A DNA stretch of 64,000 bases from Octopus sinensis (Eukaryota): assembly GCF_006345805.1 (NCBI RefSeq), contig NC_043009.1, positions 36,766,001 through 36,830,000 on the forward strand, written 5' to 3'. How positions within the stretch are numbered: the first letter of the stretch is position 1; each line of letters opens with the position of its first letter. Below the pieces are notes generated by a model that worked only from the letters and a program-made list of their open reading frames with translations, did not search any database and had not been told where the DNA came from. This document shows positions 1 through 13,067 of the stretch, piece by piece. Position numbers and translations under genes: made by a program.

Positions 1-264
1 GAAATACTATAGAAAGCGCCAGTATAAAAGTACATATCTGAATGATCAAGAGCAGATAGCGTCACTTAGGTGGATTACATTGTCTGCTCACACGGCAGGA
101 ATATCAGGTACAAACACCCCTGCACGGAGTCTTGATTTCAATATTCAATTAATATTGTTTGGGTGTGCAGATTATACCGACCTAGCAAGGTGCCTCAATT
201 TAAGTACCTAATTATGTAGGTACTATATATATGTAGTTATATTTTTGTGTTATTAAATAAACAG

Positions 265-306
265 CGCTCTGAAGTGCTCAGGTACACAACCTGAAACGTT
301 AGGTAT
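265..306 (+). ncRNA. Degenerate minimal hammerhead-like motif (Penelope-terminal type)
   Basis: Stem II AGGT-acaca-ACCT (280-292), GAAA, palindromic ACGT, then T. The 5' core reads CTGAAGT plus extra bases and stem I is poor, so it is probably decayed. Confidence 0.3.
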
Positions 307-461
307 ATACATTATATTTAAAAGGAGAATTCGGGTAGGTTCAACGATTTAGAATAATACTACATCACATACTCAGCCACAAAGCCGGTGTATACAAATT
401 ATTAAAATATATTTAATGCTTCACTCGTTAAGCTGTTAAAAAAATGTTAAAAATTTACAGA

Positions 462-853
462 TACTTCTTTATATATAAAAGTGAGGTTGTGTGCTGTCTG
501 TCTCCTACGATTTAGATTCCTAACTACTCCCACATTTTGCAGTGCAAAAACCGGGTATCTTATAGTCGTGATTCATATCGAGCCCTTCGGGTATTAGCGC
601 GGTCTACGATGAGTCTACGATTTAAAAAAAAATTACCATCAATTTTCCATTTTTAATGCATTTTTGGCTTATATAAGGGAATAGTAACTCTCTAAAAATT
701 TATTATTAAATCTCAGAACGTAAAAAGCTACAGTAACAACCCCCCCCCTTTGTGGTTAGCCATATTGAGATGGCTATTATACTTTACATCTCTAAAAATG
801 CTTATATAGTTATTTCCCTTACAAACCCGAGCAACGCCGGGCGATACTGCTAG
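462..853 (+). mobile_element. Non-autonomous Helitron
   Basis: 3' CCCGAGCAACGCCGGG hairpin (826-841), then CTAG|T at 850-854. 5' ...TCTTTATATATAAAA. Shares both ends with the copy at 62291-62805. Confidence 0.75.
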
Positions 854-1185
854 TAAATATATAAAAATAAAATATACATATATGTATAGAAAAACAATAC
901 TGATGTATAAAAATATCTTAGTGTCTTGAAAGGTGTATGTTGAAGACATCGTCCTACTTACAGATTAAGAGTGTTGTTAAAAAAGATATTAAGAAAGATA
1001 TTTAAGATGTATAAGTGTAAATCCTTGCGAAAAGGTGGGTAAAGAAATGTTTAAGCATCGAGATGGAAGGTAAAGCTTCCAATGATTAGATGGTGGTGCA
1101 CCAATTTCAAGAATTAAGTGGTGGTACATAGAGGTGTCAAAGTTTAGGGATAGGAAAAACAGAACTGAAAAATAGAACTGAATAT

Positions 1186-1579
1186 TTACTCTTTTACTCT
1201 TTCACTCTTTTACTTGTTTCAGTCATTTGACTGCGGCCATGCTGGAGCACCGCCTTTAGTCGAGCAAATCGACCCCGGGACTTACTCTTTGTAAGCCCAG
1301 TACTTATTCTATCGGTTCTTTTGCCGAACCGCTAAGTGACGGTGACGTAAACACACCAGCATCGGTTGTCAAGCAATGCTAGGGGGACAAACACAGACAC
1401 ACAAACATATACACACACACCCATGTATATATACATATATACGACAGGCTTCTTTCAGTTTCCGTCTACCAAATCCACTCACAAGGCATTGGTCGGCCTG
1501 GGGCTATAGCAGAAGACACTTACCCAAGATGCCACGCAGTGGGACTGAAACCGGAACCATGTGGTTGGTTAGCAAGCTA
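1186..1579 (-). mobile_element. tRNA-derived SINE, family A (5' end clipped)
   Basis: Near-identical to the copies at 8286 and 37653. Has a B-box-like GGTTTCAGTCCC, a CA-rich spacer and an AAAGAGTA-type repeated tail. Confidence 0.85.
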
Positions 1580-1711
1580 TTTGTATATTTTTATTAATAT
1601 TTAATGCAAGTACCAGAGTGACTCAAGATCCGAGTTTCGTGCGTAGGCACTTATAAAACTATTTGATAAAAGTGCTAAAAACACGCGCACGTACCCACAC
1701 ACGCACACACA

Positions 1712-1755
<44 letters not shown>

Positions 1756-2005
1756 TACATACACACACACATGCATGCATACATAAACGCGCGCATACAG
1801 CCGCGGAATACATATACATATTCAAGTGTATATATATATATACGTAAATGTGTGAGCGTTAGTGTGTATATGTGTGCATATGTGTGTATATGTGTGTGTG
1901 GTGTGTTTATGTATGCAGAAATAAATAATCATTTAGCAAGAAAGAAAGTGATATGGTGATATACTGTATGAACAACAATGAGAGAAATGGACAGATAGAA
2001 ATATA

Positions 2006-2007
2006 GG

Positions 2008-2068
<61 letters not shown>

Positions 2069-2089
2069 GGATAGATAGATAGATAGATG

Positions 2090-2175
<86 letters not shown>

Positions 2176-2406
2176 AAGAGAGAGAGAGAGCGAAAGGCAA
2201 GTTGGGACAGAGGTAGGAAGTATAGAAATGGCAGTGTATGTACCGTTGTTAATCAAAGTCACCTCATTAAGTAGGGAAATTTATTCCCAACGGATGTTAC
2301 CCAGAGTTGAGGACTATTACTTTCGTCTCTAAGTATGGAGATAATATATATGTCTAGTCTTCTCTGAGACCTATAATATCTTCACATACATACATACATA
2401 CATACA

Positions 2407-2437
<31 letters not shown>

Positions 2438-2608
2438 GCTGCATGCATGCATACATACATACATACATGCATGCATACATGCATCATGCATACATACTAC
2501 ATACATACTACATACATACATACATACATACATACATACATACATACATACTACTACATACAGACATACTTACACATACATACATACATACATACATACA
2601 TACATACA
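2006..2608. repeat. Microsatellite blocks (TAGA)n, (GA)n, (TACA)n
   Basis: Direct reading. Representative of dozens of similar blocks across the window. Confidence 0.95.
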
Positions 2609-2740
2609 TTTTTGTTGGTGTTTGAATTCTAATGAAGGCGCTTTCGACTAGTTAAGATCTAGTTAGATCCGTTAAGAAGCCAGCTCTTTTTCTATTGGCA
2701 AGAAATCTTGAAAGAGAACTGAACAATGACATATGAAAAT

Positions 2741-3082
2741 TAAGGAGAAAGAAGAAAAATATGAACTACTGCTTCGAAACCGTCAGCTTCTATATCCGGA
2801 TTACAAATTTACATTTATACCAATTAATAATGGGGTGCATTTGGTTTTGTAAGTCCATGCCTAGCTGTCAGTCTGGATAAGCTTGGGTTTTCAGAAAAAG
2901 AAATCAACCAACTGATTTTCACCTTACATATACAGTCTGTAAGCGGAACAATGACACTATGCAAGGCTTTCCCCTGGTTTAAAATGTGACATTGTTTTCG
3001 TTATTTGAGTTCCAACGATGGAGCTTTGTACCTTTGTTAGAAACCAACTCCTTCTTCAAAGGAAGAATTTAAATAATTAAAA
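2741..3082 (+). mobile_element. 3' end of RLE-type (R4/NeSL-like) non-LTR retrotransposon
   Basis: Translates as KEKEEKYELLLRNRQLLYPDYKFTFIPI/IMGAFG..LDKLGFSEKEI..IQSVSGTMTLCKAF. The 3' UTR matches 51270-51341. Confidence 0.7.
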
Positions 3083-3990
3083 ACAGGAAAGAACATACAT
3101 ATAGCTATCCATCTATCCATACATACATTTATCCATCCATCACACATACGCACACACACACAAATATATACACACACGGAGCAATGATATACAGAATATT
3201 CATTCCAAATAGTGAAGGAAATCATAGAAAAACTAAAATATAATTATTACAATACACATTAATTAACAACCAAAATTGCTAATTAACAGACGTAATTACT
3301 AATATTCATATACAAACATTCACTGTTTTTGTTGTTTAGTTCCAGGTAAGCTTTGGGCCTATAACCAGAGAATGTTCTACCCTTGACCACCCTGCTTAAA
3401 TGCAGAGACACAAAACAATGTATCCTTCTTTGCACAGGTAGATGAAATAGCAATTTTTATTGAAATTTAGCTGCTGTTTCTGGCACAGAGCGAGCTATCA
3501 CATTACGGCTTGACGTAGAATTATGGCAGAGAAGGGTGGAAGGGATATGAGGTAGGATGAATTATTTCCTAGGGATGAGGAAATAATTAGAGAGAGTTTG
3601 AAAAATGGGGAGGGGAGGGGTTATAGGGAAGCATAACAAGGTTTTCTATTGGTTATATTATTTACCCACACACATGCACACGCACACACACGCACACATA
3701 TGAGAGCACACATACACACATACACACACACAAGGAACTTTTGACTCTTATTTCTAGCAATACTGATACTGATTAGTGTCTTTGTTCACTTTAGTGACCT
3801 ATATATTCTTGCCTATAGGTTGTAAAATTGCGAATTAGATACCAATATTATATAAATATATATATGTGTGTATATATACACATATATATTGTGTGTGTGT
3901 GTGCGGACATACATACACAAATACATATATGTGTATAATAATATATGCATATATATATAATATAATATATATATATCATTATATATATAT

Positions 3991-4080
<90 letters not shown>

Positions 4081-4081
<1 letters not shown>

Positions 4082-4334
4082 GGCCTAGTGGTTAGGGCAG
4101 CGGACTCGTGGTCGTAGAATCGCGGTTTCGATTCCCAGACCAGGCGTTTGAGTGTTTATTGAGCTAAAACACCTAAAAACCTCCACGAGGCTCCGGCAGG
4201 GGGTGGTGATCCCTGCTGTACTCTTTCACCACTCTTTCTTCTGTTGGCCTGCTCGCTTAGCCAGCTAAAACAATGCGAACGCATTGTGACCAGCGATGTG
4301 TAACTACATCTGGTGGTCTGGTCGGTCACGTGAT

Positions 4335-4341
<7 letters not shown>
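4081..4341 (+). mobile_element. tRNA-derived SINE, family D
   Basis: A-box TGGCCTAGTGG and B-box-like GGTTTCGATTCC. Related copy at 10768. Flanked by (TA)n. Confidence 0.75.
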
Positions 4342-4375
<34 letters not shown>

Positions 4376-5090
4376 TTCACACACACATACACGCACAGGG
4401 AAAACGTGAATGTATTGTGGATTTCACGTGTTCCATTATCTAATGAATATGGAGTCAATTAAAACAGAAAAACCAGGAAAATAGAAATATAAACGGAAGT
4501 GAAACGACATTTCTTATGCTATGGCAAGATGTCACAAATGTTGCATAGTAAGTTGGCTAACAGACAAAATCACAGACAGGAAAACACTCATAAAATGCAC
4601 GCACGCACATACACAGTTACACACACAAACACACATACAGATATTTCCCAACGAGGTTGTATATATTATTTGTATAGATTTTACTTCACATGGAATAACG
4701 CGTGACTTGAAACACGTTCATCAGGTTTTTATCCCACAGTGGTTAAATTCTCGTCACAAACGTAACGTTTTGTGTGAAAGAGAACAAAAGAAGCAATTTT
4801 AGAACCGATGGCACGATTCTAAAATAATTCTTCCAGTTATATTTAGAAAACTGTGTTTCTGATTTTAGATACGATGGGAAATAATTGCAGGAATCTATAA
4901 AAATAACTAACTTGTGTGTATGTGTGTGAGTGTATGTGTGTATGTGTGTACATGTATGTCAATATCGGCAAAAGGATAGATCTAAGTTTAAATTTAAAAT
5001 ATACATTGCGTTTGTAATTACGTGTTTTCTGTTTATATACAACAGGTCATTTACACATGCTGGTGTGGGGTATATATCTATGTATGTATG

Positions 5091-5133
<43 letters not shown>

Positions 5134-5396
5134 CTTACCAGTATATATGTATACAATTATGTGCTGCGGCCGTGCTGGGGCACCGCATTGAAGAATTGTT
5201 TTTAGTCTTTTAGTCGTACAAATAAGCCGAGTTACTTTAAAACCTGGTACTTATTCTATCGTTCGCTTTGGCCGAACTGCTAGAGAATACGGGAACGTAA
5301 ACACACCAACATCAACTGTCAAGCAGTGGTGGCGGACAAAGATAGGCACATATATACACACACACACACACAAACATGTGTGTATATATATATATA

Positions 5397-5830
5397 ACGG
5401 GAAGGTTTACGAAAATAAACAAAAGACGAAGGCAGGTGGAGTACAAACAAACAAATGTATTAGTATGGCGCTCAGGAATAGAAATAGAAAAAGTCTTTTA
5501 CGTTTCGAGCCTACGCTCTTCGACAGAAAGATACACAGAAAAAAACAAGGAGAGAAACAAGGAGAGGAAAAAATGCGTGTAGGAGATAACGATTCAACAT
5601 GGCGTCCTGACTTCGGACAGTGGTCAGACGCGAGAAGGACAGTAGGGGAGATAACAGGGTCAAGTGACTTCCAAAACGAAGATGCCCCCAACATAAAGGT
5701 GCGTGTGTGTATAAGAGAGTATGTATGTGCGTGTGAAAGAGGGCTGGTGGTCTGGACACGTGTATGTGTGTATGAGAACATTTTGTAAATAGGCTTATAA
5801 GTGCATCACGTGTCGGTAATCTACACAAAA
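5397..5830 (-). mobile_element. Penelope-like terminal repeat (pLTR-type) with hammerhead-like motif
   Basis: 3' part is homologous to 32945-33080, 54087-54273, 55570-55755 and 58330-58520. Ends against (TA)n. The PLE assignment is inferred from the hammerhead-type motif. Confidence 0.55.
5495..5530 (-). ncRNA. Minimal type-I hammerhead-like fold with U6 core variant
   Basis: Minus strand: cttt CUGUCGA A GAGC-guag-GCUC GAA ACGU A aaag. All three helices can form, and stem III is a palindrome. Confidence 0.5.
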
Positions 5831-5832
5831 TA

Positions 5833-6005
5833 AAGGCTGTGAGGCTAGTTTAAATACTCGGGTAAATATCCTTTAGAAGACAGAAAAAAGTGGTCAGCAA
5901 GCCTCCACAGGAGTTTAGGGATCGATTTCCCGAGAGGCTTCCTGTCCAATTTTTCCCGTCTCCTAAATGATATTTACCCGATTATTTAAGCTAGCCTCAG
6001 AGCTT
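5833..6005. mobile_element. Small foldback/MITE-like inverted repeat
   Basis: gctgtgaggctagtttaaatactcgggtaaatatc pairs with gatatttacccgattatttaagctagcctcagagc. Inner segments also pair (tttagaagac/gtctcctaaa, aagcctc/gaggctt). Confidence 0.6.
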
Positions 6006-6239
6006 TCCCGAGTTCCCGAACTCGTGTGTATTATCTATCTATCGATCTAAGATTCGCATCTTGCCGAAACAAACTAATAACATGTAACTTCTACTAAACG
6101 CATTGCGTGTTTCTTTCGCTCGTCCACTTTCCCGTATATACATAATTCATCATATGTATATGTCTGTATGTGTATGTATAAGTGCGCATACACACATTAT
6201 ATATGTATATAATATATATAGATGATTTGTGCCGCACTC

Positions 6240-6418
6240 TCTCCATCAAATCGATGTCGTCTGAACAGGTGCACGGTGTACATGTCAGGTGTTGAAGTGA
6301 TCACAGAGCAACATGAGATGAAGTGTTTTGCTCAAGAACACAACGCACCACCAGGTCTAGGAACTGAAATTACGATCTCGCGATCGTGAATGCAACACTC
6401 TATCCACTAAGCCAAGCG
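6240..6418 (-). mobile_element. tRNA-derived SINE, family C (diverged)
   Basis: Reverse complement resembles 26642-26885 (head plus gcgttgtgttcttgagcaaaacacttcat core). Confidence 0.65.
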
Positions 6419-6438
6419 ATATCTCTCTCTCTCCCTCA

Positions 6439-6473
<35 letters not shown>

Positions 6474-6502
6474 TATATACAAATTATCAAATATATATAA
6501 AC

Positions 6503-6538
<36 letters not shown>

Positions 6539-6597
6539 ACGTATATATATACATACATGTGTAACTATAGATTTGTATTGTTTTATTTGTGAATTGT

Positions 6598-6840
6598 GGG
6601 GGGTCTGTGGCTTAATGGTTAAGGTGTTGGACTCATGATCGTAAGATTGTGGTTTCGATTCCTGGACCAGGCGATGCGTTGTGTTTTTGAGCAAAACACT
6701 TCATTTCACGTTGCTCCAGTCCGCTCAGCTGACAAAAATCTAATCCTGCGACGGATCGGCATCCCGTCTAGGTGGGGAATTTCTATGCCACTGAAACCGG
6801 GAAACCGGCCCTTATGAGCCTGGTATGGCTCGAAAAGGAA
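6598..6840 (+). mobile_element. tRNA-derived SINE, family C
   Basis: TGGCTTAATGG..GGTTTCGATTCC boxes. Matches the copies at 26642 and 28263. Confidence 0.7.
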
Positions 6841-7521
6841 ACATTTCCTCTTCTATTTGTGAATTAACGATGCAACCAATGGCTTCATGTAAAGAGACCC
6901 TCAAGATTATTCAAGCATATCTCATGGGGGATGTTGGTATTAGTTTCTATGTGGAACACTTGAAAACAATTGTGAAGTTCTTTTCACATGAAATCATTGG
7001 TTATTTTGTTAACCCACAAATATAGAATATTTATCCAGCAATGCGGTGTTGAGTACTCGTTCTCACTACTTTTTCAGCTTCTACGGATTGTCACCCTCAA
7101 TCTTTCACGCTCTCTCAGATGTATATACACAGACATATGTATGCATATATGTTTACCAACCTTTGAACGGGATGCCACTGTATAGTACGAAGATCTCATC
7201 CTCTCCATCGAAAGTTAGGACTCGAGACTGTAACAGGGAAAGCAGACTTTCAATACCTTACCAGGAAATTAAAAGTAACTCAGATATTTACGAGATATAA
7301 ATCTGAATGTATTCAAGAAATAGATGATCTATCTGAGGTATGAGATGGACGCATATCATGGCAACAAACACAAATGAGGGTGCCTTTGGCCAATTCTCTC
7401 ACTCAAAGGAAGGACTCTTGAAATAAATTCAAATAAATTGGCAATCAGAATAATGACGGCGCTCTAGCACGGTCATAGATTTTAGCTGAAACAAATGAAA
7501 GTAAAAATCTATCTATCTATC

Positions 7522-7576
<55 letters not shown>

Positions 7577-7621
7577 GTCTATCTATCTATCTTCTATCTC
7601 ATCTATCTATCTATCTATCTG

Positions 7622-7664
<43 letters not shown>

Positions 7665-7688
7665 CATCAATCTATCTATCTATCTATC

Positions 7689-7747
<59 letters not shown>

Positions 7748-7887
7748 ATCTATCTATCTCCATAAATTCATACAGGGTGTCAAAGACATACCATAATTTT
7801 CAATGATTTAGAAAATTGATTTCATTTTTCTTATAACTTTTTAACATATATTTGTTGCTATTTATTGTGAATGTTTTTGATGTTTAT

Positions 7888-7921
<34 letters not shown>

Positions 7922-7936
7922 ATATATATAAATAAT

Positions 7937-8066
7937 AGAAATATTAAAATTACTAAGTCTCTCTAAAAGAGATTACGGCAGCGTTACTAGAAATTAATTG
8001 TTATCGCCATATTAATATGGCAGTCTTGTAGATGTAAGACTAAAAGCTGTCGCTGATTATCTCCAT
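7937..8066. mobile_element. One arm of an inverted-repeat (MITE-like) element
   Basis: 7937-8020 is the reverse complement of 26446-26530. 7993-8066 is a direct match to 26282-26355. Confidence 0.6.
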
Positions 8067-8285
8067 ATATGTATATATATATAAGAATAATATAATAGGA
8101 GACTTTAATAATAGATCATAACATTTATTTATGCATCGCAGAACAGTTTTATGTTGCTCATTTTACATTTATTTACGAGCATAGAAAAATATTCTTTATA
8201 ATATTTCTCAGCAACAGCCGTACGTGAGCGCATCATCGGGTGGAATAGATATATAATATTTGCATACATATATGTGTACGTAGTA

Positions 8286-8705
8286 TACTCTTTACTCTTT
8301 CTCTTTTACTTGTTTCAGTCATTTGACTGCGGCCATGCTGGAGCACCACCTTTAGTCGAGCAAATCGACCCCGGGACTTATTCTTTGTAAGACCAGTACT
8401 TATTCTATCGTTCTCTTTTTGCCGTACCGCTAAATGACAGGGACGTAAACACACCAGCATCGGTTGTCAAGCAATGCTAGAGGGACAAACACACATACAC
8501 AAACACTCACACACATACACACATATATATATACATATATACGACAGGCTTCTTTCAGTTTCCGTCTACCAAATCCACTCACAAGGCATTGGTCGGCCCG
8601 GGGCTATAGCAGAAGACACTTGCCCAAGATGCCACGCAGTGGGACTGAACCCGGAACCATGTGGTTGGTTAGCAAGCTACTTACCACACAGCCACTCCTG
8701 TGCCT
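8286..8705 (-). mobile_element. tRNA-derived SINE, family A (full length)
   Basis: Head AGGCACAGGAGTGGCTGTGTGG..GGGTTCAGTCCC, CA spacer, tail GAAACAAGTAAAAGAG repeats. Confidence 0.9.
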
Positions 8706-8869
8706 ATGTATGTATACCAAACGAATAATATGTAAAATATATATACACATATGTATACACACACACACACATATATGCATGTACACACACCTATCACTTA
8801 CATACACATACATATTAATACATAAGGATATTTTTCAATAATAGAATCCCGGTTAATCGTTTCCCACAG

Positions 8870-8901
8870 CGAACTGATGTCCGGGATCTTCCGGGCGACC
8901 G
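8870..8901 (+). other. Candidate 32-nt microexon
   Basis: Acceptor gtttcccacag| and donor CCG|gtatgt inside a CpG-rich island. No homology recognised. Confidence 0.15.
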
Positions 8902-8960
8902 GTATGTTGAACTGCAAAACATTCGTCGACCAACTTCTACGTAGACGTCTGAACCGCGAT

Positions 8961-8992
8961 ACTCACCTAAGAAATGAGAAATAAGAGGTTAA
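8961..8992 (-). promoter_or_regulatory. Strong 3' splice site immediately followed by a 5' splice-site motif (AG|GTGAGT)
   Basis: Minus strand: cattaac (branch-like) ctcttatttctcatttcttAG GTGAGTA. Confidence 0.35.
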
Positions 8993-9160
8993 TGAATGCA
9001 GCAGGGGGGAGATGGGTAATAGTCATTTAGTGGTGGTGGTCCGTGTGAGGGAGGAAAAAAAAGTGAGGAAAGGGTAAGACGTTGAGCTGACCTAAACATA
9101 CCTGGATCGTTAACTGGTTTATATAAATGTTATAGTGGATTTTCAATCACACAGTATAAT

Positions 9161-9209
<49 letters not shown>

Positions 9210-9549
9210 AACAACCAAATCCAAGCATGTACGTACAGGAGATATGTATTTATACACGTAGGTATACACACGCTGGGTCGCGCGTGTGGGTGCACGTGTG
9301 CAAGCGTATATATGTATGTGGTTGTATAGGTATATATGTATATACGTGTAGGTGTGCGACTTGGAAAGAGCCTTTATATTAGTGTGAGAGAAAAGTATAA
9401 AAAGTCTGCCATGAGAACCACGAGACTTGTCACGTGAGTGCTATTTTCTGGTTTGCAATACAAATTGTAAGTATCATGTATGTGTAGATATGTAGGTAGG
9501 TATATACATACGTTCATACATTCATACATACTTACATATACACACACAT

Positions 9550-9598
<49 letters not shown>

Positions 9599-9793
9599 CA
9601 TATATTTCTGTATGTACACCTTCATATATGTATATATAGGCACATTTATGTAGCTATATATAAATATATATATATGTGTATGTGTGTGTGTGTGGGTGGG
9701 TGTGTGCACGTGTGTGTGTATATGTCAGTATGTATGAATGTATGTATATACCTACCTCATATCTACACATACATGATACTAACAATATATATA

Positions 9794-9824
<31 letters not shown>

Positions 9825-10056
9825 CATATACGTATATATATATATATTATATATATATATATATATATTATATATGTATATATATATATATATATACATA
9901 TATAACATATATACATATATATACATATTATACATATATATATACATAATATATACATATGATGTTTCTATATATATATACAATATATATATATATGTAT
10001 TTATATGTATAGCTTATATATAATATATAGACATAAATAATATGCATACAGAATAG

Positions 10057-10106
<50 letters not shown>

Positions 10107-10244
10107 CACATACATACATACATACATATTTAGCTACATAAATGTGCACATTATATGTAATCCATCATTTAATTTAGAACGGCTTGTATTTTAACTTATC
10201 AAAACAAACACGTACCTCCCACAAACACAGACATATATAGACAC

Positions 10245-10291
<47 letters not shown>

Positions 10292-10715
10292 TATATCTAT
10301 ATATATATATAGATATATGTAGAAGGTTGAAAAGGAACACACACGAGTTGATATGTATAAACAAAATAAGACAAGGTAGAAAATGCTAAAATATTTTTAT
10401 CATGAAGAACATTTTAGTACCGGTTTCAGATGTTGCGACTTTTTCAATATTGAGTAAAGCATGAAAAACAATTAAAGTGTGGAAAAATTCAATGAAATGT
10501 GTTTTTAAAAAATATTTCCATAGTTTTCAAATGCAAGGGACATTTTCCTTTTTTGTCTCTGTCTCTGTCTCTCTTTTTTTACTCATGTATATATATATAC
10601 ATACACATATATGTATATATACATACCTTGTTTTTGTATCGTCTATCTGGATGTTTTATTGTCCCTTTTTGTTGTTGTCCGGATGTTTTGCGTTCTTGTC
10701 CCATTTTGTATTTTA

Positions 10716-10765
<50 letters not shown>

Positions 10766-10767
10766 GT

Positions 10768-10990
10768 GGAGGCGCAATGGTCCAGTGGTTAGCGCAGCGG
10801 ACTCGCGGTCGGAGGATCGCGGTTTCAATTCCAAGACCGGGCGTTGTGTGTGTTTATTGAGTGGAAACATCTGAAGCTCCACGAGGCTCCGGCAGGGGGT
10901 GGTGGCGACCCCTGGTGTACTCCTTCGCCCCAACTTTCCAGCGGTGGTGCCCCAGCATGGCCGCAGCCTTCGGGCTGAAACAATTTTAAG
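10768..10990 (+). mobile_element. SINE family D head and body fused to a family-A-like tail
   Basis: GGAGGCGCAATGGTCCAGTGG head as in 4081. After ~10950 it switches to gcggtggtgccccagcatggccgcag..ctgaaacaa, which is the family A 3' end. Confidence 0.7.
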
Positions 10991-11041
10991 GATTCATATA
11001 TTTATATGCACAGACACCCAAACATCTCTCTCTCTCCTCTG

Positions 11042-11090
<49 letters not shown>

Positions 11091-11588
11091 TATATATTTA
11101 ATATTATATATATATATGACGGGCTTCTTCTTTCGGTTCCGTGCTCGAAATCCACTAACAAGGCTTTGGTCGGTCCGATGTAATAGTAGAAGACACTTAC
11201 CCAAGGTGCTACGCTGGGGTAAAACCGGACCCATGTGATTGGGAAGGAAGCTTCCTACCACACAGCAACGCATGCGCCTATAACTTGGGAGACCTTGCCA
11301 GGATATATACGTACATACATGCATACATACATACACATATATATATATATATCATTGTATATCTCTACATACATATACGTTTATAACCAGTATAGCTACC
11401 TCTTTTGTGTCACCGCTTATTCTTTTTACCCAAAGAAACAAAGGATGCCCCGTTAGGCTTTTCAGGGTCAATATGCGTAAAGGGTGAAGACAAGGAAGCT
11501 ATCGGTCGACCAAGAATGCTTAGTTGGTAAAAAGTGAACACATAAACGTGCGTGCGTGAGTGTGTGAGTATAGATATGGGCGTGTCTG

Positions 11589-11632
<44 letters not shown>

Positions 11633-11665
11633 CAATATATAAATATATATCAAAGTACACACACA

Positions 11666-11730
<65 letters not shown>

Positions 11731-12001
11731 TATATAAATACAGAGACACATGCACATGTATATATATGTATGTATGTATTTGTATATATAAACATATATA
11801 TGTATGAATACATATATACATATAGATACGTATACGTGTACATACATACATGCATACATATATACAAATTATTCTTTGTAAGCCTAGTACTTATTCCATC
11901 GGTTCCTTTTGCCGAATCGCTAGATTACGGGGACGTAAACACACCATCATTGGTTGTCAAGCGATAGTGTGGCGACTAATATAGACACACAAATATATAC
12001 G

Positions 12002-12032
<31 letters not shown>

Positions 12033-12203
12033 TATTTCAGCTGCTAAAGGGAAATTCACTGCAGTTTTCTTGGAGAAAAATTCCCTCATGGTCAAAAGGT
12101 GTAAAAATACGATATCTGTCCAATATATACTCAACAGATGAGATCCAAATTAAGTACAACAGTTTAGGCTTGATAAACAATCTATCTATCTATCTATCAA
12201 TCA

Positions 12204-12278
<75 letters not shown>

Positions 12279-12303
12279 CTCTTCTCTCTCTCTCTCTTCT
12301 CTA

Positions 12304-12334
<31 letters not shown>

Positions 12335-12524
12335 TATATATATATATAAAATAATAATATATATAAAGTTCAAACTTTATAAAGCCGGGTCGATTAAAAA
12401 AGTACCTGTTACGCACTGGGGTCGATGTATCGACTCAATCCCTTTTTCTGTCCTTGTTTGTACCTTCTTCCTTTAGTCCCCTGTAGGCAATAAAAAACAG
12501 ATATACAATACATACATACATACA

Positions 12525-12560
<36 letters not shown>

Positions 12561-12778
12561 GTTTTTCTGCTGCACTTAATTGTTTTTCCCGTTTTCGTTT
12601 TCGTTTCGTCTTGTTCCACTGTAACAAAATGTCTTTTCCGTTTTCGTTCTGTTGATTTTTTCGTCTTCCTGTGATGTCCTGTACGTATATATATATTTAT
12701 ATATGCATGTATATATACATGTAGATGTCGGTACGTACATATATGTTTGTATGTATGCATATATTTTATTTATTACTT

Positions 12779-12841
<63 letters not shown>

Positions 12842-13067
12842 ATGCATTCAAACAGAAAGAAAAAGACTGGAGTTTTTTCAGACGATGAATATTTAAATAT
12901 AAATGTATATATATATATTATATTATATATATATATATATATATATTATTAACAGATCAAACTTACACATAGCATCCTCCCCTTCAATTTTCTCTGTCGT
13001 TTGTATTGTGTGTATGATTGCTCTATTAATTTATAAACATCGTTGTATTCCGGGATTCTTTTATTCT

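Noticed and set aside
930-965. KVYVEDIVLL resembling an RT YxDD motif
   Set aside because: An isolated motif with stops immediately after and no other RT motifs recognised.
1620-1670. GTGC-ctac-GCAC GAAA motif on the minus strand (related pieces at 28880, 29130 and 56280)
   Set aside because: No CUGANGA core and stem III does not pair.
3608-3628. G-quadruplex-like runs (also ~56938-56959)
   Set aside because: Expected in purine-rich low-complexity DNA, with no functional context.
4081-4160. tRNA-like sequences at SINE heads (also 26642 and 28263)
   Set aside because: No complete cloverleaf or acceptor stem, and they continue into SINE bodies.
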